A DNA stretch of 61,961 nt, the filler included, from Pseudomonadota bacterium (GTDB lineage Bacteria; Desulfobacterota; Desulfobacteria; Desulfobacterales; JBDRRP01), in assembly GCA_043825735.1 (NCBI GenBank). It is 6 parts of 6 records of this genome, joined end to end, with 100 filler letters (N's around TTAATTAATTAA, not from the genome) between each part and the next. Parts side by side here need not be neighbours in the genome. Positions count along the whole stretch, not along the records: positions 8,328 to 14,871 come from JBDRRP010000141.1; positions 14,972 to 24,121 come from JBDRRP010000143.1; 4 more parts are not named here. One strand, written 5' to 3'. The notes below the pieces were generated by a model, which was not told the origin of the DNA, ran no database searches, and worked only from the letters and a program-made list of their open reading frames with translations. The position numbers and the translations under genes were made by a program. Below are positions 9,306-18,670 of the stretch, piece by piece (position 1 is the first letter of the stretch; every line of letters begins with the position of its first letter).

Positions 9306-12300
9306 CATCATCCAGCCTAAAAACATCCGGTATTTGGGACAACCACCATCGTGGGTCAATTGGTGATTTTCTCAAAGAAAAGATTCTCCAAGGCTCAGAT
9401 CTCTCATTCGTTTCCGCTTATTTCACCATTTATGCATATGCCGCCCTCAAGGACCAGCTGGACCAGATCAATCATCTTCGGTTTCTGTTCGGAGAACCAC
9501 AATTCATCCAATCACTTGACCCTGACAAAACAGAGAAAAAAGCCTTCAGGATTGAGGACGACGCCCTTTTCCTATCCAATCGCCTTGAGCAGAAACGAGT
9601 GGCTAAGGAATGTTCGGATTGGTTGAAAAGTAGAGTCGATGTCAGATCGATTATCAAGCCGGGCTTCCTTCACGGCAAGATGTACCATATGGACAACAAT
9701 GGCGTTCAAGAAGCCATTATCGGAAGCTCGAACTTTACGGTGCGCGGCCTTGGTCTGGGCGCTTTGGGCAACAACATCGAGCTTAATCTGGAAGTTGATA
9801 GCACCAGAGATCGAAAAGACCTGAAGAATTGGTTCGACGAGGTTTGGAACGACAAAGAGCTCGTTGAAGACGTCAAGGCTGAGGTCCTGAACTACCTCGC
9901 GCAGCTATATGAAAATCATTCACCGGAGTTCGTTTACTTCAAGACGCTCTTCCACATCTTCGAGAATTACTTGTCGGAGGCAGAACGTGGTGGCCTCCTC
10001 GATGAGAAGACCGGCTTCTTCGAATCCGGTGTGTGGAACATGCTTTATGAGTTCCAAAAGGACGGCGTAAAGGGCGCGATCAACAAGATCTTGAAGCATC
10101 ACGGCTGCATCATCGCAGACAGTGTCGGCCTGGGAAAAACTTTCGAAGCGTTGGCGGTCATCAAGTATTTTGAACTTCTCAACGGTCGCGTGCTCGTACT
10201 CTGCCCCAAAAGGCTGGAGGATAACTGGAAGGTCTACCGCGAAAACGATACACGCAATCCCCTCCTCATGGATCGGTTTGCGTTCACCGTGCTGGCTCAT
10301 ACCGATTTGGGGCGGGATACTTATGAAACTCACAATTGGGGCAATTATGATCTCGTGGTTATTGATGAGTCTCACAACTTCCGCAATAACGCCCGGGGCA
10401 AGGTTCAGGAAGACGGCATTCGCAAGACTTCGCGTTACGAGTTTCTGATGGAACGGGTTCTTCAGACGGGAGTGGATACCAAGGTGCTGCTGCTCTCGGC
10501 AACCCCTGTGAACAACAGCCTCAAGGATTTGCGAAATCAGTTCCTGCTGATCACACAAGATCAGGACCGGGCCTTCCACGAGTCGCTTGACATCTACAGC
10601 ATTGCCCAGGCGATGAAGAATGCGCAGACCCACTTCACCCAATGGGCTGACCCGAAGAAGAACCCGGAACGTAAGGTCAGCCGCCTGCTCGACGCCTTGG
10701 ATTCCACGTTCTTCAAGCTGCTTGACGAACTTACGATAGCACGGTCCCGTCGACATATCATCAGCTATTACGGGACCAAGCGTATGGGAGAATTCCCCAA
10801 AAGGCTCAAACCAATAGCCCTGCATCCGGCTACAGATATCAAGGGATACTTTCCGTCCTACGATGACCTGCATGCGGCTATCTCGGAATACAAGCTGACC
10901 ATCTTCAATCCGTCCGCCTATCTGAAAGACGCCCATGTAAACCGTTACATCAAGGACGGCGCGCAGCTGGTTCTTTTCAACGACCAGAAAAGCCGCGAGT
11001 CCTATCTTATTGGCATGATGCGTACAAACTACCTGAAGCGACTCGAAAGCTCCGTGCACAGCTTCGAGGTATCTATCGACCGTACAATCAAAAAAATTGA
11101 CGACCTGTTGGAGAAGATCGACCATTTCGAAGGCAACTTCGATGAGTACACTCAACCAGACCTGTTCAAGGATCAGGGCGAGGAAGAGGAGGCGGAGCTG
11201 CTGGAACGCCTGATGGTAGGTAAAAAGCTCCCGATCCGGTTAGAACACCTGAAACGCAAGGAATGGAAAATAGACCTCAAGAAGGACCGCATACAGTTGA
11301 TTACCATCCACGAGAAAGCTGCGGCCGTCACTGCGGACCGGGACGCCAAGCTTCAGGAGTTAAAATGTCTGATCCAGGACAAAATCAACCACCCACTTAA
11401 CGACGACAATCGAAAACTGCTTGTTTTCACGGCCTTTTCCGACACCGCACAATACCTCTATGCAAACCTGAAGGACTGGGCGCTCAAGGAGATGGGCCTG
11501 CACAGCGCGCTGGTTACCGGCACCGGCGATAACCGCACCACTTTCAAGCAGACCGGCTATGCCCGCCAGACCGATTTCATCTCCATCCTGACCAACTTCT
11601 CACCCCGCTCCAAGCTTCGTGCGAAGATGCCGAACATGCCGCAGGAGGGCGAGATCGACATCCTCATCGCCACCGACTGCATTTCGGAGGGCCAGAACCT
11701 GCAGGACTGCGATTACCTGATCAACTATGACATCCACTGGAACCCGGTGCGGATCATCCAGCGCTTCGGCCGAATCGACCGCATTGGCAGCACCAACAAA
11801 CAGATTCAACTCGTCAACTTCTGGCCCACTGACGACCTGAACAAGTACATCAACCTCAAGGACCGCGTCGAAGCACGTATGGCAATGGTGGATCTTGCTG
11901 CCAGCGGTGCCGACAACCTTCTCGATCCCGATCAACTCGAAGCTCTGGTTGCTGAAGAACTGACCTATCGTGAGAAGCAGCTCCTCCGGCTCAGAGACGA
12001 GGTGATCGATCTGGAGGAGATGGGCGACAACGTCTCACTCAGTGAATTCACGCTCGACGATTTCCGGGTTGAGCTTATGAACTTTTTGATCAGCAACCGC
12101 AAACAACTGGAGGACGCCCCGCTGGGCCTCTATGCCGTGGCACCGACGCTTGATGAAATGAAGGACGCAACATTGTTTGACAAAAACTGGCACGAGATCG
12201 TGAAGCCCGGTGTGATATTCTGTTTGCGGCACAAGTACCCGCCGCAGGAGAAACGATCCTCCAACGTTAATCCGTTGGGGCGGTATTACCTTCTCTATAT

Positions 12301-12628
12301 CCGGGATGACGGCACCGTTCGCTTCACCTTTACTCAGGCCAAGAGCGCCCTTTCCATGTTCCAGAAGCTCTGTGTCGGGAAGGCAGTTCCGTATCAGGCG
12401 CTCTGCGATCTGTTTGATCGGGAGACGGAAAGCGGCGCCAGGATGGACACGTACAGCGATTTGCTGGTCAAGGCTATCAATGCCATTGTCCGCACGTTCC
12501 AAAAACGGACTGCAGCCGGGCTACAGTCCGGCCGGGATTTTATTATCCCCGACAAGCAGGAGCAAGCCACGGATGCCTCTGATTTTGAACTCATCACCTG
12601 GCTTGTCATCAAATCCGGGAAGAACTGA
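9302..12628 (+). CDS. PLD nuclease + SNF2 helicase fusion (RM-associated)
   Basis: FVSAYF and HGKMY...GSSNFT (PLD HxK...GSxN); IADSVGLGKT, IDESHNFRN, LLSATP, TDCISEGQNLQ, QRFGRIDRIGS; start 9302 preferred over 9293 on RBS spacing. Confidence 0.88.
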   Translation: MTSSSLKTSGIWDNHHRGSIGDFLKEKILQGSDLSFVSAYFTIYAYAALKDQLDQINHLRFLFGEPQFIQSLDPDKTEKKAFRIEDDALFLSNRLEQKRVAKECSDWLKSRVDVRSIIKPGFLHGKMYHMDNNGVQEAIIGSSNFTVRGLGLGALGNNIELNLEVDSTRDRKDLKNWFDEVWNDKELVEDVKAEVLNYLAQLYENHSPEFVYFKTLFHIFENYLSEAERGGLLDEKTGFFESGVWNMLYEFQKDGVKGAINKILKHHGCIIADSVGLGKTFEALAVIKYFELLNGRVLVLCPKRLEDNWKVYRENDTRNPLLMDRFAFTVLAHTDLGRDTYETHNWGNYDLVVIDESHNFRNNARGKVQEDGIRKTSRYEFLMERVLQTGVDTKVLLLSATPVNNSLKDLRNQFLLITQDQDRAFHESLDIYSIAQAMKNAQTHFTQWADPKKNPERKVSRLLDALDSTFFKLLDELTIARSRRHIISYYGTKRMGEFPKRLKPIALHPATDIKGYFPSYDDLHAAISEYKLTIFNPSAYLKDAHVNRYIKDGAQLVLFNDQKSRESYLIGMMRTNYLKRLESSVHSFEVSIDRTIKKIDDLLEKIDHFEGNFDEYTQPDLFKDQGEEEEAELLERLMVGKKLPIRLEHLKRKEWKIDLKKDRIQLITIHEKAAAVTADRDAKLQELKCLIQDKINHPLNDDNRKLLVFTAFSDTAQYLYANLKDWALKEMGLHSALVTGTGDNRTTFKQTGYARQTDFISILTNFSPRSKLRAKMPNMPQEGEIDILIATDCISEGQNLQDCDYLINYDIHWNPVRIIQRFGRIDRIGSTNKQIQLVNFWPTDDLNKYINLKDRVEARMAMVDLAASGADNLLDPDQLEALVAEELTYREKQLLRLRDEVIDLEEMGDNVSLSEFTLDDFRVELMNFLISNRKQLEDAPLGLYAVAPTLDEMKDATLFDKNWHEIVKPGVIFCLRHKYPPQEKRSSNVNPLGRYYLLYIRDDGTVRFTFTQAKSALSMFQKLCVGKAVPYQALCDLFDRETESGARMDTYSDLLVKAINAIVRTFQKRTAAGLQSGRDFIIPDKQEQATDASDFELITWLVIKSGKN

Positions 12629-14088
12629 TGGCTGATCTCAAAGCGCTAATAAAGCAGGGTGAAGGCATTTCCGTTGAATTCAAGGAATGTCGGCGAACCC
12701 TTAACCGGGATGTTTATGTGACCGTCTGCGCGTTCCTCAACCGTCACGGCGGAACCCTGCTGCTTGGGGTTAGTGATGCCGGTGCAGTGACCGGTGTTGA
12801 TCCCGACTGTGTTGGGCAGATTAAAAAAGATTTTGTAACGGCCATTAACAATCCGCAGAAGATCAATCCGGCCTGTTATCTGTCGGTTGATGAAGTACGG
12901 ATTGACGGGGAAACCGTACTTTATATTTTTGCTCCGGAGAGCTCTCAGGTACACCGTTGTAACGGGCGCATCTTCGACCGGAATGAAGACGGGGATCTGG
13001 ATATTACCGATCACACGCGCATGGTGAGCGACCTGTACCATCGCAAACAGGCCGCTTATTCCGAAAATAAAATTTATCCGTATGCCACGCTGGAACATCT
13101 CCGAAAAGACCTGATTGCCAAGTGCCGAAAAATCGCAGGGTTGCAACGCGAAGAGCACCCGTGGCCGGCCATGGATGACCTGGAGCTGTTGAAAAGCGCT
13201 CAATTGTATCAGACCGATTTTGAGACTGGAAAAAGCGGTGTCACCCTGGCGGGGATTCTTCTGCTCGGCAGGGATGAAACCATACTGTCTGTTGTGCCGC
13301 ATCATCGAACGGATTTGATTCTGCGGCGGATCAATCTCGACCGCTATGACGATCGTGACGATGTGCGCACCAACCTGATCGAGAGCTATGAGCGGACCAT
13401 GGCGTTCATTGCCAAGCACCTGCCCGACCCGTTTTATCTGGAGGGGGATACCCGCATCAGTATCCGCGATGCCATCTTCCGTGAAGTCGCATCCAATATT
13501 CTGATCCACCGGGAATACCTGAATTCCTTTCCTGCTAAGTTGATTATCGAACGCGGACAGGTACGCACTGAAAACAGCAACAAGCCGCACGGGTTTGGAT
13601 TGATTAATCCGGCGAATTTCACGCCTTATCCTAAAAACCCTGTGATTGCCCGGTTTTTCCGTCAAATCGGGCGGGCGGATGAACTCGGTTCCGGTGTTCG
13701 CAATCTCATGAAGTATGGTAAGGCCTACAGCGATCACGACCCCGAGTTGGTGGAAGGCGATATTTTCAGGATACTTATCAGGTTACCTGGCGTTGATACC
13801 TCTGAACGACACGTCGAGGCACAAGTCGAGGCACAAGTCGGGGCACAAGTCGGGGCACAAGCTGAGATCCGCATTTTGACGGCCTGTACCGCTGCCCCGC
13901 TTTCGTCTGCGGAAATTGCAGCCGCCTTGGGGCACAAGCAGTTGAGCGGGAACCTGCGCAAGGCCCTGCCCAGACTGCGGGAAGAAGGCCTGTTGGAATA
14001 CACCATCCCCGACAAGCCCAACAGCCGCCTACAGAAATACCGTTTGACCGATGCGGGGAAACATTTGCTGAAGTCTATGCAGGAATAA
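12628..14088 (+). CDS. Second Schlafen/AlbA_2 + HATPase_c_4-like + winged HTH protein
   Basis: EGISVEFKE, VCAFLNRHGGTLLLGV, FREVASNILIHREY, KNPVIARFFRQIGRADELGSGV, LLEYTIPDKPNSRLQKYRLT; TGATG overlap with helicase stop. Confidence 0.88.
   Translation: MADLKALIKQGEGISVEFKECRRTLNRDVYVTVCAFLNRHGGTLLLGVSDAGAVTGVDPDCVGQIKKDFVTAINNPQKINPACYLSVDEVRIDGETVLYIFAPESSQVHRCNGRIFDRNEDGDLDITDHTRMVSDLYHRKQAAYSENKIYPYATLEHLRKDLIAKCRKIAGLQREEHPWPAMDDLELLKSAQLYQTDFETGKSGVTLAGILLLGRDETILSVVPHHRTDLILRRINLDRYDDRDDVRTNLIESYERTMAFIAKHLPDPFYLEGDTRISIRDAIFREVASNILIHREYLNSFPAKLIIERGQVRTENSNKPHGFGLINPANFTPYPKNPVIARFFRQIGRADELGSGVRNLMKYGKAYSDHDPELVEGDIFRILIRLPGVDTSERHVEAQVEAQVGAQVGAQAEIRILTACTAAPLSSAEIAAALGHKQLSGNLRKALPRLREEGLLEYTIPDKPNSRLQKYRLTDAGKHLLKSMQE
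13813..13860 (+). repeat. 4 x 12-bp in-frame tandem repeat (VEAQ/VGAQ)
   Basis: gtcgaggcacaa x2 then gtcggggcacaa x2. Confidence 0.9.
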
Positions 14089-14127
14089 AGCAGGATAAAA
14101 AATGGAACTGAAAGCACAGTTACAACC

Positions 14128-14871
14128 ATGAACACAGACACAAGAAAACAAATCGAAACAGCGCTTCGGGCCTTTTCCGGCGCTGACCTGCGCGCCGCCT
14201 CCATTGGTCTGCTGAACACCCTCGGTTACCACAGTGAGAAGGCCCTTGATCTTGACAATACACCGGGCGCCTTTCTTGCCGAGTTCGACAAACGTGACCG
14301 AAAATTCCGCAAGGCAAAGGCCCTGTTCGAGCGCTGGAAGTCCGTCGAATTCCTGTTTCAGATTACCGATGACGAGGTGCGCCATGCCGGTGCGCAGGGT
14401 ACGCTTTTTGATTCCGGTTATGATCAAGGAAACTACCAGTCCTATCTGTTCTTCGCCCTTGATCTGGAGAAGAACCATTACACACGCACCCAGCTCGCAG
14501 ACATTACGCGAGAGATTAACCTGCTGTTCGATATGCCCGCCATGCTGCTCATACGGCACAACGGTGCGCTGACGTTCTCGGTTATTGACCGGCAGCTGCA
14601 CAAAAAGGATCAAGGCCGCGATGTGTTAGAAAAAGTCGCCCTCATCAAAGACATTCGTATCGAAAGCCCCCACCGGGCGCATATTGAAATTCTGTTTGAT
14701 CTTACATTTACCGAGCTTCTGGCCAGACATAAGTTCAGCAACTTTGTCGAGCTGCATAACGCCTGGCAGAAGACGCTGGACACCAAAGCATTGAACGAAA
14801 AGTTCTACCGGGAGCTGTTCAACTGGTATTTGTGGGCGGTACAAATCGTCCGATTCCCGAAACCCGCTTCA
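14128..14871 (+). CDS. N-terminus of type IIG (Eco57I-like) restriction-modification enzyme, truncated at contig end
   Basis: YTRTQLADITREIN...DVLEKVALIKDI...PHRAHIEIL...WQKTLDTKALNEKFYRELFNWYLWA as I recall for IIG enzymes paired with PLD-SNF2 helicases; MTase motifs are not in view. Confidence 0.7.
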
Positions 14872-14971
14872 NNNNNNNNNNNNNNNNNNNNNNNNNNNNN
14901 NNNNNNNNNNNNNNNTTAATTAATTAANNNNNNNNNNNNNNNNNNNNNNNNNNNNNNNNNNNNNNNNNNNN
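14872..14971. other. Artificial contig linker
   Basis: N-run with TTAATTAATTAA. Confidence 0.97.
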
Positions 14972-15169
14972 GAGCCCTGTGCCCAGAATGTGCCCAAGAA
15001 AAGGCTCTACTCCATCAAGGAGTTGGCCAGCGAAATCGGAGCAACCGAATGGTTCTGGCGATCACAGGTCTGGGACGGCCAGCTTCCGTATGTCCAGGTC
15101 GGTCGGAAAATGCTCATCGACAGCAACGATGTCGAAAGCTTCATCCAACGTCACAAGACCACTAATTGA
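14972..15169 (+). CDS. Excisionase-like HTH protein (absent from ORF track)
   Basis: Manual translation ...VPKKRLYSIKELASEIGATEWFWRSQVWDGQLPYVQVGRKMLIDSNDVESFIQRHKTTN*; possible GTG start at 14990. Confidence 0.7.
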   Translation, partial: EPCAQNVPKKRLYSIKELASEIGATEWFWRSQVWDGQLPYVQVGRKMLIDSNDVESFIQRHKTTN

Positions 15170-15210
15170 CCAACAAGGCTGATTCAGACGGATTCAGCGA
15201 GGAGGCTAAA

Positions 15211-15549
15211 ATGGATAGTATGAAAGATTTTTTCGAGAAGTACAAAAGCGAAGTCGATGAAGGTCCGGAACCGGACGAACACACTGTACCGGAGGCTGAA
15301 CCCACGATTAACATAATGGCCGAGGCCTTAATGCACTGCATCCAAAACCAGATCTGCGTCAACTGCGGCAACCCCCGCATGATGATGTATCGGGGAACCT
15401 GGAACGAGCACGAGACGGTGGAAAGCTTCCACTGCCCGGAGTGCGGCGAAAACTATTCGGCCGAATTCAACCACGAAGAAAAGGCTTTCCGGCTAATCGC
15501 AGAGGACAATTCCTGGATCGATCGTTTGATGGAAGAAACAGACGACTGA
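15211..15549 (+). CDS. Acidic hypothetical protein with Zn-ribbon
   Basis: RBS GAGGAGG before ATG 15211; CVNC and CPEC pairs. Confidence 0.6.
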   Translation: MDSMKDFFEKYKSEVDEGPEPDEHTVPEAEPTINIMAEALMHCIQNQICVNCGNPRMMMYRGTWNEHETVESFHCPECGENYSAEFNHEEKAFRLIAEDNSWIDRLMEETDD

Positions 15550-15740
15550 TTGGCAAGGCTCCCTCAGGCTGCTGGGGGAGCCTTCCGCAGCCAATGCGAC
15601 CGGCTGCACAAACCGGGACGGAAAAAGGTCGGTCCCCACAAATCATCGGAGGCCACACCCTTGGTAATTTCGATGACCGATATCGGGAGCTGACAGGCAT
15701 AAAATATATCGCATATCACAACTTGAAGGTGTGGTATTTT

Positions 15741-15965
15741 ATGGAAGGATGGGCAAACATAAAGAACGCAGCCAAGTACGCCGATATCTCGGAGCGTACC
15801 CTGCGTACTTGGCTCAAGGAGGGCCTGCGGCATGCGAAGCTCCCTACCGGTACAATCCGGATTCGCTACGATGCCCTGGATGCCTTCCTTGAGCAGTTTG
15901 CCGATTCGCAAAACCAAGTGGATACGATGGTTGATGGACTTTTCCAGGAACTTACAACCCAATGA
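15741..15965 (+). CDS. Excisionase-like HTH protein
   Basis: MEGWANIKNAAKYADISERTLRTWLKEGLRHAKLPTGTIRI; directly upstream of integrase. Confidence 0.75.
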   Translation: MEGWANIKNAAKYADISERTLRTWLKEGLRHAKLPTGTIRIRYDALDAFLEQFADSQNQVDTMVDGLFQELTTQ

Positions 15966-15978
15966 AAGGAGAAATGCC

Positions 15979-17220
15979 ATGGCGGTAAAGGTAAGGGAGC
16001 GCCCGGATGGATCGGGCGATTACTGGGTTTTTATCGACTACAAAGGCCAGCGCAAGGCCAAGAAAATCGGTAAAAACAAAAAATTGGCGATGGAAATCGC
16101 CAGAAAAATCGAGGCCAAGCTCACGCTGGGCGACCTTAGCCTATTGGAAAAGGAGGAACCCGAAAGCCAGGATTTCGAAACCTATGCGACCTATTGGCTG
16201 GAGGACTACATCAAGCCGTTGCGACGGCAATCAACCTATGAACGCTACGGCGACATACTGAAACGGCATGTATTCCCGAAGATCGGCAAGCGGCCGATCG
16301 CCGAGATCAAGCGTGCTGAAATCAGGAACCTGATCGTCAGCAAGAAAAAGGCGAAGCTTTCTCGAAGCATGATTTGCCTGATTCGAGATGTCATCAGTGG
16401 CCCTATGGGATATGCGGTTGACGAGGAGCTCATCCCTGGCAACCCCGTGACTGGCATTCTGAAACGGCTGCAACTTGAAAGAGACAAGCGGATCACCGTC
16501 GAACCCATGAACGAACAGGAGGTCGAACTATTCCTGGCTACCTGCTTCCGTCAATACCGGGAACATTGGGAATTTTTCCTGTGTGCGTTCCGGACTGGCA
16601 TGCGTCTGGGTGAGCTCCTGGGATTAAAATGGAGTGACATCGACTGGAACCAGAAATTCATCCGCGTACAGCGATCCTATAAACGCGGCCGCTTCGACAA
16701 GACCAAAACCGGCAAAGCTCGGCGGGTGGACATGTCGGATCAACTGGCTGCTGGTCTCAATCAACTGCTGACGGCCCGAAAGAAGGAAGCCCTCAAATCG
16801 GGCCTGGGCGAGCCGGTGGAAACCATATTTCATCGGGATGGCAAACCAATCGAACAGAACCATATCCGGCGGGTGTACAAGCGGGTCCTCGTCAAGGCAG
16901 GCATCCGTGAGATGCGTTTGCACGACATCCGTCACACATTTGCCAGCTTACTGCTGAGCAGGGGCGAAAGTCCCGTATATGTAAAGGAACAGCTGGGGCA
17001 CTCCAGTATAAAAATCACTGTTGACATCTACGGCCACCTCATCCCGAGCAGCAACCGGGGTGCTGTAAACCGCCTCGATTCCCCTCCCCCATCCGCAACT
17101 ATCCGCAACCTATCCGCAACCACCAAAAAGACAAAAGCCATAACCCATAAGGATTACGGCTCTTTCTTTTCCGTGGTGCCGAAGGGGAGACTCGAACTCC
17201 CACAGGGGAACCCCTACTAG
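15979..17220 (+). CDS. Tyrosine recombinase / phage integrase
   Basis: RBS AAGGAG; TGMRLGEL, HDIRH, LGHSS, DIYGH catalytic set; reads into antisense of tRNA-Leu. Confidence 0.93.
   Translation: MAVKVRERPDGSGDYWVFIDYKGQRKAKKIGKNKKLAMEIARKIEAKLTLGDLSLLEKEEPESQDFETYATYWLEDYIKPLRRQSTYERYGDILKRHVFPKIGKRPIAEIKRAEIRNLIVSKKKAKLSRSMICLIRDVISGPMGYAVDEELIPGNPVTGILKRLQLERDKRITVEPMNEQEVELFLATCFRQYREHWEFFLCAFRTGMRLGELLGLKWSDIDWNQKFIRVQRSYKRGRFDKTKTGKARRVDMSDQLAAGLNQLLTARKKEALKSGLGEPVETIFHRDGKPIEQNHIRRVYKRVLVKAGIREMRLHDIRHTFASLLLSRGESPVYVKEQLGHSSIKITVDIYGHLIPSSNRGAVNRLDSPPPSATIRNLSATTKKTKAITHKDYGSFFSVVPKGRLELPQGNPY
17091..17121 (+). repeat. Three ATCCGCAAC direct repeats, candidate integrase arm-type sites
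   Basis: atccgcaact atccgcaacc t atccgcaacc about 55 bp from the tRNA 3' end. Confidence 0.6.
17125..17170 (-). terminator. Probable intrinsic terminator after tRNA-Leu
   Basis: Imperfect stem agccataacc/ggattacggct with A-tract on the left and T-tract on the right. Confidence 0.55.
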
Positions 17221-17260
17221 ACCCTGAACCTAGCGCGTCTACCAATTCCGCCACTTCGGC
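17174..17260 (-). tRNA. tRNA-Leu(CAG)
   Basis: Reverse complement GCCGAAGTGGCGGAATTGGTAGACGCGCTAGGTTCAGGGTCTAG...GTTCGAGTCTCCCCTTCGGCACCA; long variable arm, encoded CCA. Confidence 0.97.
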
Positions 17261-17493
17261 ACTGACACAGAACCGACATAAACCTTGATTTACGCCGAAA
17301 GATGACTTAATTATATTTTTTTCATTTGGCTGTCAAGCGGGAAATCGTCGCCCGGCAGCCGAAAGAATATCGCTCTGCATCCGTCCGGACCGCTGTCACC
17401 CTGAGCGGAGGACCTGCTCAAAATATTAGGTAATATATTTAAATGCGTGTTTGTCCGCAATCAGAAAACCCTGAGCCGTGTCCGTCCAATAAA

Positions 17494-18429
17494 ATGATCA
17501 TTATCAGAGACCTCAAACACATCGCCGCCCCGTTTCGCAATGCGGTTGTGACCATCGGTAATTTCGACGGCGTGCACATCGGCCACCAGGCGCTGTTTCA
17601 CGAAGTGGTTGAAACCGCTGACCGGTTGGATGGCAAATCCGTTGCTATCACGTTTGAGCCGCATCCCATGCGGGTGCTCGATCCCGACGGACACCCTGCC
17701 CTGATCACCCTCTTCGAGCAAAAGTCCGAGCTTATTCGTACAGCGGGCATCGACGTCCTGCTGGCGATTCCATTCACCCGGCAGTTTTCCAGTATCCCGG
17801 CCAGAGAATTTGTTACCGAGTTGCTGGTAAAGCGCATCGGCATGAAGGCCATCATCATCGGAAACGACTATGCCTTCGGGAAAAACCGGGAAGGCAATAT
17901 CGACCGGTTGAAGGAGTGGGGCGCCGAGCTGAACTATGAGGTTCGTGTCGTGGGCTGGATACAGGGGCCTCAAAACGGCGGCCACCGCATCAGCAGTACG
18001 AAAATCCGCCAGTTGATCATGGACGGTGACATGGACCGTGCCCAAAAGCTTCTGGGCCGACACTATCAGGTCCGCGGGGACGTGGCCCACGGACGCGACC
18101 GAGGGGGCCGGCTGCTGGGTTTCCCCACGGCCAACATCACCCTTCAAGACGAACTATGCCCCAAAACGGGTGTTTATGCCGTGACGGTGGAATTGGATGG
18201 TGTCACTTACCAGGGCGTAGCCAACATCGGCTTCAGCCCCACCTTCGATGACCATCTGTTTACCGTTGAAGTCCACCTGTTTGATTTCAACCGCGATATT
18301 TACGGGAAGAAGCTCCGGGTCAACTTCATCGAGCGTCTCCGTGATGAGATTCGCTTCTCCGGCCTCGAGCAATTGTCCGAGCAGATCAAACTGGATGTCA
18401 TCCGGGCCAGAGAAATCCTCAGCGCCTGA
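17494..18429 (+). CDS. ribF: Bifunctional riboflavin kinase / FAD synthetase
   Basis: TIGNFDGVHIGHQ, ISSTKIR, GRLLGFPTAN, GFSPTF, VEVHLFDF. Confidence 0.96.
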   Translation: MIIIRDLKHIAAPFRNAVVTIGNFDGVHIGHQALFHEVVETADRLDGKSVAITFEPHPMRVLDPDGHPALITLFEQKSELIRTAGIDVLLAIPFTRQFSSIPAREFVTELLVKRIGMKAIIIGNDYAFGKNREGNIDRLKEWGAELNYEVRVVGWIQGPQNGGHRISSTKIRQLIMDGDMDRAQKLLGRHYQVRGDVAHGRDRGGRLLGFPTANITLQDELCPKTGVYAVTVELDGVTYQGVANIGFSPTFDDHLFTVEVHLFDFNRDIYGKKLRVNFIERLRDEIRFSGLEQLSEQIKLDVIRAREILSA

Positions 18430-18480
18430 GCTGTAGCCTTTGGCCCGCGTAACCCTTTTCCATCCGGAAACGCCTAATGA

Positions 18481-18668
18481 GTGACCATCCACAAATGGCA
18501 TCTTTTGGCCCCTGGCGGCGTTCTCGCTCATTTGCACTCCTCGGGTTGTTCGTCTGGAACCTGGTGCGAAGCACCGGGTTTCCAAGACAAATAGGCCCAC
18601 TATGCCTGCGTTTGCAAATTCGCTCAGGCCTTGCCAGGAGCCAAAATCTACCACCTGTGAACGGGCAC
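18481..18668. mobile_element. 188-bp MITE-like imperfect palindrome flanked by TAATGA direct repeats
   Basis: Ends gtgaccatccacaaatggcatcttttggc vs reverse complement gtgcccgttcacaggtggtagattttggc; TAATGA at 18475-18480 and 18669-18674. Confidence 0.65.
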
Positions 18669-18670
18669 TA

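Larger units (their letters stand above)
14972..17173. mobile_element. End of an integrative element inserted at the 3' end of tRNA-Leu(CAG)
   Basis: Two Xis-like genes plus integrase abutting the tRNA 3' end; the other att copy is not seen in the window. Confidence 0.75.

Noticed and set aside
9920..11155. 411-aa minus-strand ORF (likewise 12646-13737 and 49280-50497)
   Set aside because: Antisense to well-supported genes; no recognisable domain
9302..14871. DISARM system
   Set aside because: No DrmA helicase or DUF1998 DrmB visible; PLD is fused to the SNF2 protein
1..17260. One continuous defence island ending at tRNA-Leu
   Set aside because: Plausible, but it spans two artificial linkers, so order and adjacency are unproven
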